Origin: Phoronis australis
Lineage: Eukaryota > Animalia > Phoronida
Direction of reading: 5' to 3'
Length of the DNA: 64,000 bases
Assembly: GCA_002633005.1 (NCBI GenBank)
Contig: NMRA01000019.1
Location: 1,444,714 to 1,508,713 of the forward strand
Shown: positions 25,025 to 37,413 of the stretch, piece after piece
How the letters are laid out: every line of letters starts with the position of its first letter
How positions within the stretch are numbered: the first letter of the stretch is position 1
Program-made: the position numbers and the translations under genes
The notes under the pieces: generated by a model
The model's input: the letters and a program-made list of their open reading frames with translations, nothing else
Database searches by the model: none
Told to the model about the DNA's origin: nothing

Positions 25025-25144
25025 TTGCAACACGAACACGTCCTCCAAGTCAAGCTGGCACGTGTGCCGACAAATACAAGCATCACTATTCAGGCCAACA
25101 CACAGCTTGTCTTTCAAGATCCTCGAAATACATTCGTCTTACAG
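25025..25144 (+). CDS. Linker plus CAP N-terminal cysteine segment (VATRTRPPSQAGTCADKYKHHYSGQHTACLSRSSKYIRLT)
   Basis: TTACAG acceptor, G|GTACAT donor, 120 nt, phase 1/1. The 'C..KY...HTAC' motif precedes CAP domains in antigen-5-like proteins. Confidence 0.75.
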
Positions 25145-25731
25145 GTACATGTACTGTAATTTTAAAACCGACAATTTTCACTACTCATTCACGCAACACT
25201 GTATGTCATCCTATCGATTCACTGTATATTTAAGGGTCCTGCACTGCGACAATTGTATCGCGCGATATTTACCCAAAATACAGCAACATCCGCCATGTAG
25301 GTCTCTTAACGCCATTTCTGGTCATTAGAATTTCTCATATTATTTATTGGCGCCTTATTGGTTTTCCACCCAAATATACGCCCATGGGCGTGTTTAGGGA
25401 AACATCTTTAAAGTACACCCATAGTTTGGGATCCCGATATTTACTTAATTGATTATCCTTTTACGAGATATGGATGAAGCTACAAGAGGGACACAATTTT
25501 TGAGTTTGCAGTTTTCGTGCAAAGACGTACATGTGAACAAAACCTCGCGTGCAATGTATGACAAAAACACAATCGATGCCGAGAAGGCCGGGGGTGCAAC
25601 GTGAACCAACCTTCAGCAAGGAAGATTTTCAAGCACCATGAGCGCAGACGACGCGTCTGCTAGACGATTGTTTGTGCAACAATTCTGGAATCTTTGACAT
25701 TTTCTGCTAAAACACCTTTTGTGTTCTTCAG

Positions 25732-25820
25732 GAGTCAGTGACGAAAACAAGAACATCATAGTGTCTCTGCATAACAAAGTACGCTCGGAAGTATCAGATG
25801 GCTCATACATGCTGAAAATG
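25732..25820 (+). CDS. CAP/SCP (CRISP/antigen-5) domain first exon (GVSDENKNIIVSLHNKVRSEVSDGSYMLKM)
   Basis: TTCTTCAG acceptor, ATG|GTAAGA donor. 'IV..HN..R..V.....MLKM' is the canonical start of a CAP domain. Confidence 0.85.
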
Positions 25821-26780
25821 GTAAGAGAAAATATTTTAGTGTTGATGATAATGAAAATCATTCAGCGCCAATGCACGTTAGATTTTGAAAGCAATTGCGT
25901 TCGCATGCGCGCATTTCGTAAGCCCTCAGTAAGACACCCGTTGTTTTGCCAGAATCAACTTGTTTTTTTCTGGATTTTCATCAATTTAGTTGTAGTAATG
26001 AAGTGTTGCTGCATTGGAGAAACAAGAACTTAGCAAATACAACTTGGCGTGCGGTGATAGTATCGGGTACATTTACCCTCAGCTATGTAGTCTATCTGAG
26101 ATTTACCAGATTCCAGACAAAATCGGCGACGATATGGATTTAATGTTCATGACTCCTAGCATTCGCCTGTTTAGTCAGAGACAGCTTTGCCTGTTGCCTA
26201 CCGCTCGGACAAAACACCCTGCGCTTTATCAGTTTGTAAATTATGTAACACCAGCTGAAGTGGTGAAAATCAAGTGTTAAGCTCGTTTTCCATCACAAAA
26301 ACAATTTGATTCTGACAACTTTTCGTTATTATACTGATCTCAACTTCCTTGAGACCATGCTGTATGAGTTGGCTTGTCATGGCGTTACAGAAATTTTAAC
26401 AAGCCATATGAGGATATTTAATAAAACAACGTTCAATTATTCTTGTCGTAATCCTTATCTTCGTTTACTCGTAAATTTATGTCACTATAATAGCTAAACA
26501 AAAAATCGCAGTCATGTTGTAATCATTTCCGCTGAGATCTTTTCAGTCTCACACGCTACATGTAAAATGACGTCCTTCTTGTGCACTACAAACTCAAGTG
26601 GCTCTAAACGTCAGAAACGGTCTTTTACGATGAAAACATACAGTAGACACCAATAGGCAATTGAGAACATGGCGTGTCTTCAAAATAAAACATATTATAC
26701 CACAAATGGCAGATACATGTACAAGCGTGTAATAACCCATAAAGTTATCTCACTAGTGAGATAACGATTTGGCGTGGAAA

Positions 26781-26848
26781 CCGAGGACGGAGTCGAACCC
26801 GGTACCTTGAAATTGCTGGTCGCCGACTTTACCACTACACCATGCAGC
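26781..26848 (-). repeat. tRNA-derived (SINE-like) head
   Basis: Minus strand carries box A TGGTGTAGTGG and box B GGTTCGACTCC; the acceptor stem does not pair. Confidence 0.55.
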
Positions 26849-27247
26849 GACTGACGTCATCAGGAGCGAAAATAGAATACTTTTAAGTATTTAAAAATGA
26901 GCACGCGCAATAACCGCATGTTCAACAAACCGCATTGCAGTGTACTTGTACGCTACGAAAAATAAGACACAAAATTTCCATAAAAATGATATCTTAATTC
27001 AGTGAAAATTTTCTCTCATGTCCTCTTACTTGTAAATCGCCGATCTACAGATTGAATGCGGGTATCGTGTCGTCAGGATCTTTGACTTGAGAATTTTATT
27101 CAGATACCACTGGTAACCTACTATAATGGTTGGTAAACCTTAATTTATAAATTCAATTTATTTCTACTATATTTAAGTTTTCAAGTGGTTTTGAGAAAAA
27201 GCATTATTTGACAAAAATAGCCCGGCTTTTCTTAAAAGGTCACTGTG

Positions 27248-30200
27248 ATATATATTTATTGAAGGATACACGGAACATACAAAGAAATAATAACAAACCC
27301 AGAAACCGCGAAGCATTATATCTGGGTTGTAAACAATTCATAAATGAAACTTATATACATAGAGGTATATACAATTAAGTAGTATCTAAAATAAGTATTC
27401 CAATACTTAGACATGCTATTACAGATATATAAAAACAAAAATATGTACAGATTCATGTAGGGAAATCTGATGCAACAATATTGATAAACGGTACATAAAA
27501 ATTTGCTAACGTTGCTTAGGAGGAATTCGTTGAGAACAAAGTCAAGGTTAGGACTACCATTCAGTAATAATGTAACTGTAGTAGGGATATTATTACAATA
27601 ATTGAGAGCGTTAACAATTGATTGGCTATCATTGAGTGCACGAAAGAGTGAGTCTCTCAGGTATTCGATGAGGGGACATTTGAAGAAAATATGAGGATAA
27701 GATTGATGGTCACCACATTTACAGTTTGGAGAGACATTACTAAAGTTGTGCCTGAACTTGTCAGAGTTGAGGAAAAGGCCACATCTTGATCTGTACAATG
27801 CTATTTCGTTATCGCGGGTAAGGGAGAATTGAGTCAAGGGTGTTGAGTTATCAAAATTATGAAAAACAGTTCTAAAATTATTTTTTATACTCGTAAAAGA
27901 GTTGCTTTCCTTAACAGAGACTGGAAGAGAATTCCAGTTGTTGATGCACATCATGACTGTAGACCTTCTGAATGCCTGACTGAACGACGGAGGAATTGCA
28001 TATGGGGTGGAGAATCTCAAATCACTACGATGGCCTTGTCTAATATATAGATCAAATATTTTTTTGACAGACACGTTGTTGACATTGTTTATTACCTTGA
28101 ACGTAAATGTGGTCATGTGAAGATTGCGTCGAGTAGACAGTTTGGGCCACTTGAGATTATTCAAAACCTTAACACTATTGGATCCCCTGTAAGCTCCAGT
28201 TATGAGTAAGGCGGCTTGATATTGTAACTTCTCCAAATGTTGGAGTGCACCCGTATTGGCAGACTGATATATAATATCACAATAATCAATGTGTGGAAGT
28301 ACAAAGGACTTGAACAAAACTTCTAAATGTGTAGAATTCAGATGACGAGAGACAAGCTTAAGTGGGTTAATTAGTTCCTGAGTTTTTTGTACGAGCTCCC
28401 GAACGTGAGGGGTGAATGAGAGTTTTTCATCTAACAGTATACCCAGATGTCTGTGCGACTGTTTTCTAGGAATGATTTCATCATTAAGTTTAAGGTCATA
28501 AGACGGGTCAACAAGGAAGAGAGCATTAATAGATTTGGAGAAGGTGAGATCAACGCTTTTTTTCTGGTTTAAAATTCATTCTCCATTCTTGTGACCAATA
28601 GCTTAGTTTATTTAAGTCGTGTTGAAGCTGCAAAGAACATTCAGGGCTGCTCCCTGCGAAGGGGTAAAAAAGCGCCGTGTCATCTGCATAAAGGTTTGTG
28701 CTACATGACAGGTTATCAGGAAGGTCATTAATATAAACCAAGAAGAGAAGAGGGCCTAATACGCTACCCTGCGGTACACCTGCGTTTACAAATCCAGGAG
28801 GGGATAAAGTTGAAAGTACGCCGTCGACACGAACACAGTATGTTCTTTCGGAGAGATATGAGGTGATCATGTTTAAAAGATTACCAGTAATGCCATAGGA
28901 TCGAAGTTTGTGAAGTAGAAGGTCGTGAGGAACACAGTCGAAAGCAGAAGCTATATCTAGAAAAATGGACCTAACACTCTCGCCCTTCTCAAAATGTAAA
29001 TGAATCTAATGTATTTTTTCAACAAGTTGTGCCACGGTGCTGTTCCCACGCAAAAAAAAACAAATTGACGATGATAGATCAAGTTGTTTTGTTTGAGGAA
29101 TTTAAGAATAATTTGAGCAATGATCTTCTCAAAGATTTTGGACAGGGTGTTAAGTAATGTTATTGGGCGATAATTTGAAATTTCAGTTTTGGAGTCTTTT
29201 TTGTGTATAGGGACCATAATTCCATGTTTCCAAGAAGACGGATAAATGCCTAGCTGAAGAAGTTTGTTAAACAGATTGGTCAGGGGCATGGTAATTTCTT
29301 TGGCAATCGTTTTGATCATCTTGCTGGTTATTGAAGCTGTGCCATCATTCTTATTGGGGTCAATTTCATTGAGATACTTCCGGACATCAGTTTGATTAGC
29401 CGGGATGTCAGACAGTTGATTGAGACAACGTTCACGAAGAAAGGGAAAGTTACTTACGTCAGTTGGTGTAATGTGGTTTTTGTTCGACGTGAAAAATTTG
29501 AGAAACAAATCACACTTGTCACTACTACGTGAGGCTAGTTTACCATTATAGTTGATGACAGGATAGGAGGATTGCTGTTGACTGCCGCGTATTTTATTGA
29601 TGATGTTCCAGTATTCTTTGGAATTCTTGCTTGCGCTGTTAATTTGTTGAAAAGCTTGTGTCGGTGATCAGCTTTGGCTTGATTTACTAAAGTTTCAACC
29701 AGACATGACTGCTCCTTGTATCTGTTGTAAATTATAGTGTTGTTAGATCTTCTGAAAGAGCTGTAAAGTCTGTTTCTTGTGCGGNNNNNNNNNNNNNNTT
29801 TTAAGATTTCATAGAGAGTACTAGTGAAGAGTGAAACAGTGTCATCAATGTCGCCAGTGTTCAATATGGAATCCTAGTCAGTGTCGGTGATATCCTGGCG
29901 CAGTTTATCGCTGTCGACCTGATCATATTTCCAGTTGGTTCGAGTGGTGTGTTCTTCATTAACCGGTTTTTTAAGTGTTAGAGTGGTTTCAATAGTGTGG
30001 TGATCAGAATTGCCAACAGGAGGCAGTACAGAACATGAATCAATGATACTCAAATTGTTTGTTATACAGAGGTAAATACATGAATGAGAAACGTCGGTGA
30101 TACGGGTTGGCTCATTAATTAGTTGTATGCAGTCATTAGACAATAAAATATCAAACAATTGTAGTTCGGCCCTATTGTCATGATCATCATTGTACCATGT

Positions 30201-30614
30201 AGAGTTTCGGGCATTGAAATCACCATTTATGATTATACTAACGCTATTGCGGTTAATTTCCGCTAACTGATCGGCTAGGGCTTTGAAGTAGAGTTTTCTT
30301 TCAGTTGGAGATTGAGAAGGTGAGCGATAAAACAACCCATAGTAAATTTTTCTGTGAGCGAAATCAATTTCGAACCAGCAGTTGCATAACTGAGGACAAG
30401 TTAAGCTAGGACATACTTTAAATGAGAGTGTGTTTTTAGTGAATAAGATGATACCACGGCCACTGTTACTGTGATATGCTACACTGTAACCAGGAATGAT
30501 AAGTTCATTATCAAGGTCGTGTTTGGTAACATTACAAGTTTCACAAAGAGCGACAATCATATAATCGTAAGACAGAACAAAGTTTTTTAGAAGTTGGAAT
30601 AGATCAAATAACAT
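27248..30614 (-). mobile_element. Degenerate 5'-truncated non-LTR retrotransposon, CR1/L2 group (APE endonuclease, RT, C-terminal Cys/His knuckle)
   Basis: APE motifs LCET, GDFNA, PTR and SDH (29874-30614). RT motifs NYRPITLL, GVPQGSVLGPLLF and YADD. CKCG..H.FFKCP near the C-terminus; 3' AATAAA followed by (TA)n. ORF2 is broken by a stop, frameshifts and a small gap. Confidence 0.93.
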
Positions 30615-30619
30615 TTGTT

Positions 30620-33600
30620 GTCATTGCAAAACCATTGATCGTTAAGGCAATGAACTGGGTGGCCCCTGGAAGTCACGTGTCAAGTTTGTGCATGCCTTGT
30701 TTTTCTCTCAAGCATCTGCTAGTTATGGACACCGGTGGCACTGGAGTATAGACCTTTCTTAATCCTTGACAGCATTACTCTTAGATTTCTCACTGAAGTA
30801 CCTATGTAGCCTGTAAGTGTAAAATATTGTGAAAAGTTACAATTTAATTGAGCACTGAAACACTAAAACCAAAAATACAGTGCAAAGAAAACCACCATTG
30901 GGTACAAGTAATGATAACTGTATCTATACCACCAATGGAATGCTAGTATCAACAAGTGTGAGAGGTTGCAAGTTAGAAAGATGGTGCAGGAACTAATGCA
31001 CGTATTGCCTAATCTTCATCGCATCATGATAACTTTTGATAGCCATTGCCACTTTATGGTTTAAGTGGATCCTAGAGTTCCAAGACAAGAAATTGAACTC
31101 GTGGCAACATGGTTATGTCCCAAGTGCTACTCAGCAGCCGGTCACACTATTATCATCTTTTAACAAGCAGTAAGAAACTTACAATGAGAGAAAATAGAGT
31201 TACATTTTCACAGAAAAATTTCTGCGGCTATAAACCCTGTTATCTGCGCAACTTAACTTTTGATTTTAACCATTTTCCTCATTCAGATGAGAAATAAGTT
31301 TTAGTCTTGCAAAGAACTGTCAGTTCATTATGGTTGTGACCATGTCAGGTGAATGAAATGGCATGCTGTGACATGTCAACCTAAAGAAACTCTCAAGTAG
31401 TAACAAATTGCTGGAGATTTTCAAGCCCAAAATTCACACCTTATTTTTATCANGCAAAGAACTGTCAGTTCATTATGGTTGTGACCATGTCAGGTGAATG
31501 AAATGGCATGCTGTGACACGTCAACCTAAAAAAACTCTCAAGTAGTAACAAATTGCTGGAGATTTTCAAGCCCAAAATTCACACCTTATTTTTATCAAGG
31601 AACAATTCGAGATCAATATCATACTAATGGTACACGGTCTAAATAAACAGTTGGTTTTCGTGACATAAGGCATGCCTATATCTACTTTAAATTCCAATAG
31701 AGCATAGAGTCTTTACAAGAGCAGACACAAACCTTTGATCCAGATTGTGAGGATGCAGGTGACAAAGAAGATAAGGACAAGGGTGAACAACAGCTCTGAA
31801 TCACTGTAAGATGACAATAGTGGCATTTGTAAGAAGACATTCAATTTAAAATTTATTCTGAGGCCTCTACACTGAGAACTCAGACATGTATCTATGAATC
31901 TGAAACAGTGACAATGAATCGACAGATGGAATCGTAAAAGGGCAAATTTTCAAAATAAGGTTTTTAGAAATCATAATTGCTCCCCACACCAAACATGATG
32001 CACAAAAATTCAACCAGCAGCTGGAGTTAGCTTGCATTTATACTACAGTTGTAAGCGAGTTGAAAATTTTCACATGCAAATTAGTTACATTACAAATGTT
32101 CTTTGCTCAACTGGACATCCTCCAAAGCACTGATACATTAGAATAAAAACTTCACACTAAAGTACGGTTTACACAAACCTAATATAAATAACTCAAATGA
32201 AACACTGCTTCGTGCATTTCAGTGTGCATTTCCATGTTTTAATATGGAACAGCAGTGACGCCATCATGTGCAAAGTGCACTCATCCTTAAAAAATATCTC
32301 TAATATTTGCCTGGTAAGCTGCTTGGCTGTATTCATAAGTTTACGTGTAAAAGTCTAGGTCCAAGCAGTTTTTTTAGTAAAAAAGCTCGCTACAGGGGGT
32401 TAGTTTGAAAACGCAGATGTAAACGCTTTGTTCTATGTATTTTTGTAAAAAAATCAGTGTGGGGGGTTGCTGGTGCACTGCACGGTGGTAGGGGTAATGC
32501 GTTGTCGGAATCACGGACACTCCGAAATATTGGGAATCCCATTTTGGACACCCTATTTTCGAAATCCTGGGTGAATCCCTGAATAGAAATTGAACAGGCT
32601 TTAAACAAGGCATGTTTAAATACTGTAAACGAAACAGTGATATCTTTGGTTAGGATTGTGAGTTGTGAGTTGAATAAAATGTGAAATGTCACTCCATGAG
32701 ATATTAAGGAAATGAATGAAACAATACCTCAAGGTTTCTTCAGGTGATGACCAGTCTGGGACTCTTGCAAAGAAGTTTGTAGAGGGCGTTGTCTAAACCA
32801 CTCATTCTGAAAGTACAGATGATGAAGGAGGGTTTAAATACAATTTGACTCACTTTACCAGGAGCAATCACAAGATTTAAGAATGTACTTTCAGTCAATT
32901 TGTCACACCTTTATGCTTAAAACAACTTTGATTTAATTACCAGAAGGCAAAATTTGTAGCTGAGACAGCATTATTCTAAACTGACAGCGACTTAAGAGAC
33001 TTATAATTGATGAAAATTCCGGCTTACGTTAAAGCCCATAGCCTAATCTCTGTATTCGATACACAACTCGAAAATTTAGCAATTCCATGACATGAGAAAA
33101 CATAAGATTTGTACTCCAATCACGTGATTTGACTGGCTAATTTTTTGAGGTTGTGAGTTCAAGTAATGTACCTGGACCATGCAGATTGCAATTAACCATT
33201 TTCTCCTAACCTGCACAGTCTAAGATGGAAATACAGAGAAAAGTGGCCATCAATAACTGAAGTTTAGCACACCTATTCTTTCTTTTAAAACTTAATGGAA
33301 TAAGAAAGATCAACTTACGGTTACACGGGCCCCTGTAGGTGGTCAGTATTCTCCTAACTGGAAAAAATAAAGCAAAACTAATAAGACATTCTCAAGTATA
33401 GCCATCTTGACCAAGACTTATCCCCCACCCCCCCACTGTACTCAGTACGACAAACACTGATATGAGCTTTCTAATAAAGCTATTGGCGTGGCCAGGTGAA
33501 GTCCCTAACACATCCTACAAACATCCCCCCCCCTCTCCCGCCACAATTATTTACACCACCTGCCACATTGTTCTGCTAGTTGAAATTGAACTAAAAGCCC

Positions 33601-34660
33601 TTATGTACTTAATTTCGGTCTGAGCAGAGTGTCGACATAAATTAGAAAGTTAATCGAACCGTTTTTACCGGCTTTGGATGTCAAAGTAAACTGTAGCTGA
33701 TGATGTTGTCATCGAAGTAATCGCAACGTAGTGCAGATGCAACACTTGTACACCAGGATTTTTTAATGTGATAATTTGGGAACATTGACATGTGCTAATG
33801 GACACAAAAACCTATTTCTAATTCGATTAGTGACTACTCGAGCAAAATATGAGCAGCTTTTAGCGACGACATTACCCTGTAATTGTCGATGATAGCAGTG
33901 GCCCCTGACAATAACTTCTTCGATGTAACCGAAGTTAATCATTCATACTACCCTACACCACAGCATCGACGCTCCGCTTGTCTACTGTGAAGTCAACTGG
34001 CACAGTTAACTTCGATTCAGGACCGTAGTTAACCCTCCATACTGACTGCAACTCCCCAAAACATCGCCATGTCGACGTTAGAATGAAAGGGCCTTACTAG
34101 TTTTAACTACATGTTAAAACACTAACATGGTGTAACTAGTCCGGGTCAGAGTGAATCAGTACTACTACTAGTACTAGTAGTATTAGAACAAAAAGCTTAA
34201 CAGCTGATCGAATTGTAGCCAGCCAGCTAGCTGTATGATGACTGTATTATACAGCTTTGTACCAAGGCTAATCGAATTGAGGCTCTTCAAAATGATTCGG
34301 GTCCGATGTATGCTGACTGAGATCAGTCACCCATCGGTGAATGCTCTAAACGTGTATACGAGTCATTGAAAATTTCACAAACAGCACACTTAATGACTTA
34401 TACTTGTCCATCGAAAGCCTGGTATAGTTCATTTGTTGTAATGTAAAACCTTCACGAGTTCGAACATTCAGTCTTGTCCTCATTGTTCCTCACCTATCGA
34501 ACGAGTCGATTACAGGTACAAGGTTTGTTGGTAATGCCGCTTTTTGTACTTGCTAACACGTCTTTTTCTGAATCTCGTAGAGCAGGACGACTGCGTTTCG
34601 CCTTCGGACGTACACTTCATAGATCTACTTCTCCCCGCCATTTGTATAAATTCTGTTGAC
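30620..34660 (-). ncRNA. Candidate spliced transcript (lncRNA or small-ORF gene)
   Basis: TGCGCATGCG and AAATGGCG motifs at 34635-34685. Donor G|GTGAGG at 34494; candidate exons 33319-33357, 33172-33210 and 32728-32806; acceptor at 30810. 43-aa basic ORF at 34510-34641. No recognised homology. Confidence 0.3.
31309..31597. other. 144-bp duplication across a single N (unmerged contig overlap)
   Basis: 31309-31452 is repeated at 31454-31597 with two substitutions; N at 31453. Confidence 0.85.
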
Positions 34661-35600
34661 CTCTAGATCTGTGGCTGCGCATGCGTTGTTGTAATGTTTA
34701 TAATCATTTTAGCAGTCGGGAAGCTAAATTCTTTGTAAACATTTCATTCGTTTGTAGTATTTACAACGATTTTTTTCAAACTTTTTGCACAAGTTGAAAG
34801 TTAATAACTTTTTGAACTCCATGTCACATCAAAAAACCGGCTTAAACGGCGTTAAGAGGTTTTTTCTTCTATAACTCGGACCATAGGCCTTTAACACGGG
34901 GTATACCCGGCTTGTGTCACAAAAACAGCATTTGATTTAGACCGCTTATCAAACTGGAGGTGACCGGAGCATCGAAAGAACTGGACTAACGATAAAGTTT
35001 GGCAGATATATCGGATAACTGTCGAATCTCATAAGTTCCAATTTATGAAATACGCGATAATGAAAAATTCTGGAGTCACTGCATAGTTTCTAATCTCCAT
35101 CCAACTTATGATAAATGCACACATGAGCTCACGGTCATTTGACTGAGAAGACGTATACTAACGGCAGAATGTCATGTGTGATAGCACTTCGAATCTGAGG
35201 TCGACAGCACAGTACAAGATAAATCAGCCTAGTGAACTAAGCGATTCCCTAAAATAATACCAATTGAATTTTTGAAAATATTTGAATACCACAGACCCCT
35301 TACATTTAGACCAATTTTAAACATTTAGGACTTACATACAAATCGACGAAATGACGAGCAGTTGACAGATTGCGGTCTCGAATGTTTAAACTAAATGAAA
35401 GATGCTTTGTTATCGACAGAAATTCATTTTTTTACGAACAAACCGAGGAATACCTGGTGGACACGTTGAATGCTGTTCTGGCAGAGAATCACTTTGAAAA
35501 ATGCAATTTAATCTGTTTTTCGCGTTCCAGGCCTTTCTAAGAATAGACAAAAGACATATTGTGAGCTCCTCCCGTATTCTTGGGAATATATTTAAGTTTG

Positions 35601-35758
35601 CAGTAGCGGATTTGGGTGGGGGGCTAAGGGGGCCATGCAACCCTAAATTTCTCCCAGATTCCATTTGGCAGTTCGTGGGTAAGAATGTCTGACGGACAAA
35701 ATCCAGGCTAATTCTCTGTCCTGCCGCCCCCTAACTCAAAATCCTGGATTCACATCTG
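35601..35758 (+). mobile_element. CAGTGGCGG-type MITE
   Basis: CAGTAGCGGATTTGGG ... AAAATCCTGGATTCACATCTG, flanks GTTTG / GTTTT. Confidence 0.7.
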
Positions 35759-36299
35759 GTTTTGGCACTTCTTCCTCACCCCACGTGAGTAAATATGTTT
35801 TCTTTGTTTGTGCGCTATCAGTGCCGCAAATACTAAAAAGCAAATAAAATAATTTCTTGAAGAGGGAAAATGTTCAAAGAAGGCAAATACCGAAATAAAA
35901 AATAAACATTTAGTTTTCTTTAACAATCCTGCAAAATAACAAACTACGGATACGACGTTGACTAACCTGAGATAATAGCGGGCGTTCGCCTAATTCCGGA
36001 TGATGGCGCGTTGTTGGCTTGTATAAGCCAAAAATACAGTCGTGTCCCTAGCAGTATTGTTTTCTTTAAGACGAAAATGAATTTATATACCAACTTACAG
36101 GTACTTCAGTACCGGAGCGGACATCAACATGAAGCTGTAGTGTACAATATATTTACTGTATAGCTGTATACAGTAGCAGTGACCAATCTGCCAATGTTGG
36201 GACGCCCGGCCTTTGATACTCGACGTCTTTTTATAACAATTAATGAACTGGAGTAATTTGGCACCCTCTAATCTCTGTTAGTAACTCGTTTAAAAGCAT

Positions 36300-36580
36300 C
36301 GCCATCGCTGGCCCGCGAACTGTGGTGTCTATGCTAGCGGCCGTTTCTTGCTGCACCGGAACTCTTCCACTGCTGTCCTGGGGTGTCTGTTTCGACAGTC
36401 GTCCAGTCCTTCCTGGCATCCCAGATCATACAGCCGGCCGACTTGCGGCATCTAGTGTCTGTGCTGACAGCTGTCCCCTGCTAACTGGCAACCCTGCCAC
36501 CGCCGGTCTGCGCTATCGGTGCTGACAGCCATGTCCTGTTGCCCTGCAACCTTGTCATTGCGGGCCTGTGGCCTGCTGTG
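36300..36580 (-). pseudogene. Frameshifted relic of a ~60-bp (20-aa) coding tandem repeat
   Basis: GC-rich island. Minus-strand pieces 'NDKVAGQQDMAVSTDS', 'GGRVAS*QGTAVSTDT' and 'SGRVPVQQETAASIDT' sit in different frames. Confidence 0.45.
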
Positions 36581-37258
36581 CAAAACAAACTTTGAGACCA
36601 CTCCAATGTGCGTCATGCTATGTTGAAGACCACCCTCTTACACAGCGCCACCTATACTGAATAGTGGCCTGGTGGAAACATAACGGGACTCCGTGTTTGG
36701 GCATCAATGCGCATGTCTTGGTTGGGAGTATACCGATCACACTTGAAAACGCGTTTATGAACTATGCTAGTTTGAGCTTAAGCCACTAGATCAGGGTTCT
36801 CTTGATTTTGTTTCTATCACTGCCCGTTTTAATAAATTGTAACTAGCCTACCCAAGTCAAAGGTCGTCGCAATACTACTAGCAGTAAACTGAAATGGTTT
36901 TCACAGATTTCAACCAATGGGAATGACTGAATGTTATGACGTCGATTTCATTTCTTTAATCAATGAGAAACAATGTTAAATAACATTCGACAGTGCTACG
37001 TTTAGTACTGAGCGCTGTGAAAGAGTGTATGTCGAAGACCATGCAGTTGCACGCTGCACACAACGCCATTTGGTTTCAATTGCGTTGCCGATCCGAGAAC
37101 GGTTCACCTGACTCAACGACTGGTACATCTGTCTGCTTTCACTCCCGAGTTTAAAATGTGCTGGGTGGCAGAATGAGTATGTAATTCAAATCTCGGTTAG
37201 TCGTTACAGTGATGACATGACTGACAAGGTACAATTATAAACGAACCGGTGTGGGACC

Positions 37259-37413
37259 CAGGAACGGATCCAGGATTTTTATTTAGGGGGACCAGGGCAG
37301 AGTATTAGCCAGGATTTTGCCCGTCAGACGGCGCACCCCAGAGCTGTCAAGTGGAATCTGGGAGAGTTTTAGGGGGGCCATGGCCCCCTTGGCCCCCTCT
37401 AAGTCCGTCACTG
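37259..37413 (-). mobile_element. CAGTGGCGG-type MITE with 5-bp TSD GGACC
   Basis: GGACC at 37254-37258 and 37414-37418. Ends CAGGAACGGATCC ... TCCGTCACTG. Confidence 0.75.

Noticed and set aside
26781-26848. tRNA gene
   Set aside because: Box A and B are present but the acceptor and anticodon stems do not pair. The same applies at 40055-40430 and 45925-45985.
27316-30614. Active LINE or domesticated RT gene
   Set aside because: In-frame stop at 29874, several frameshifts, truncated endonuclease N-terminus and no ORF1.
31309-31597. Biological tandem duplication
   Set aside because: Split by a single N with two SNP-like differences; best explained as a haplotype overlap.
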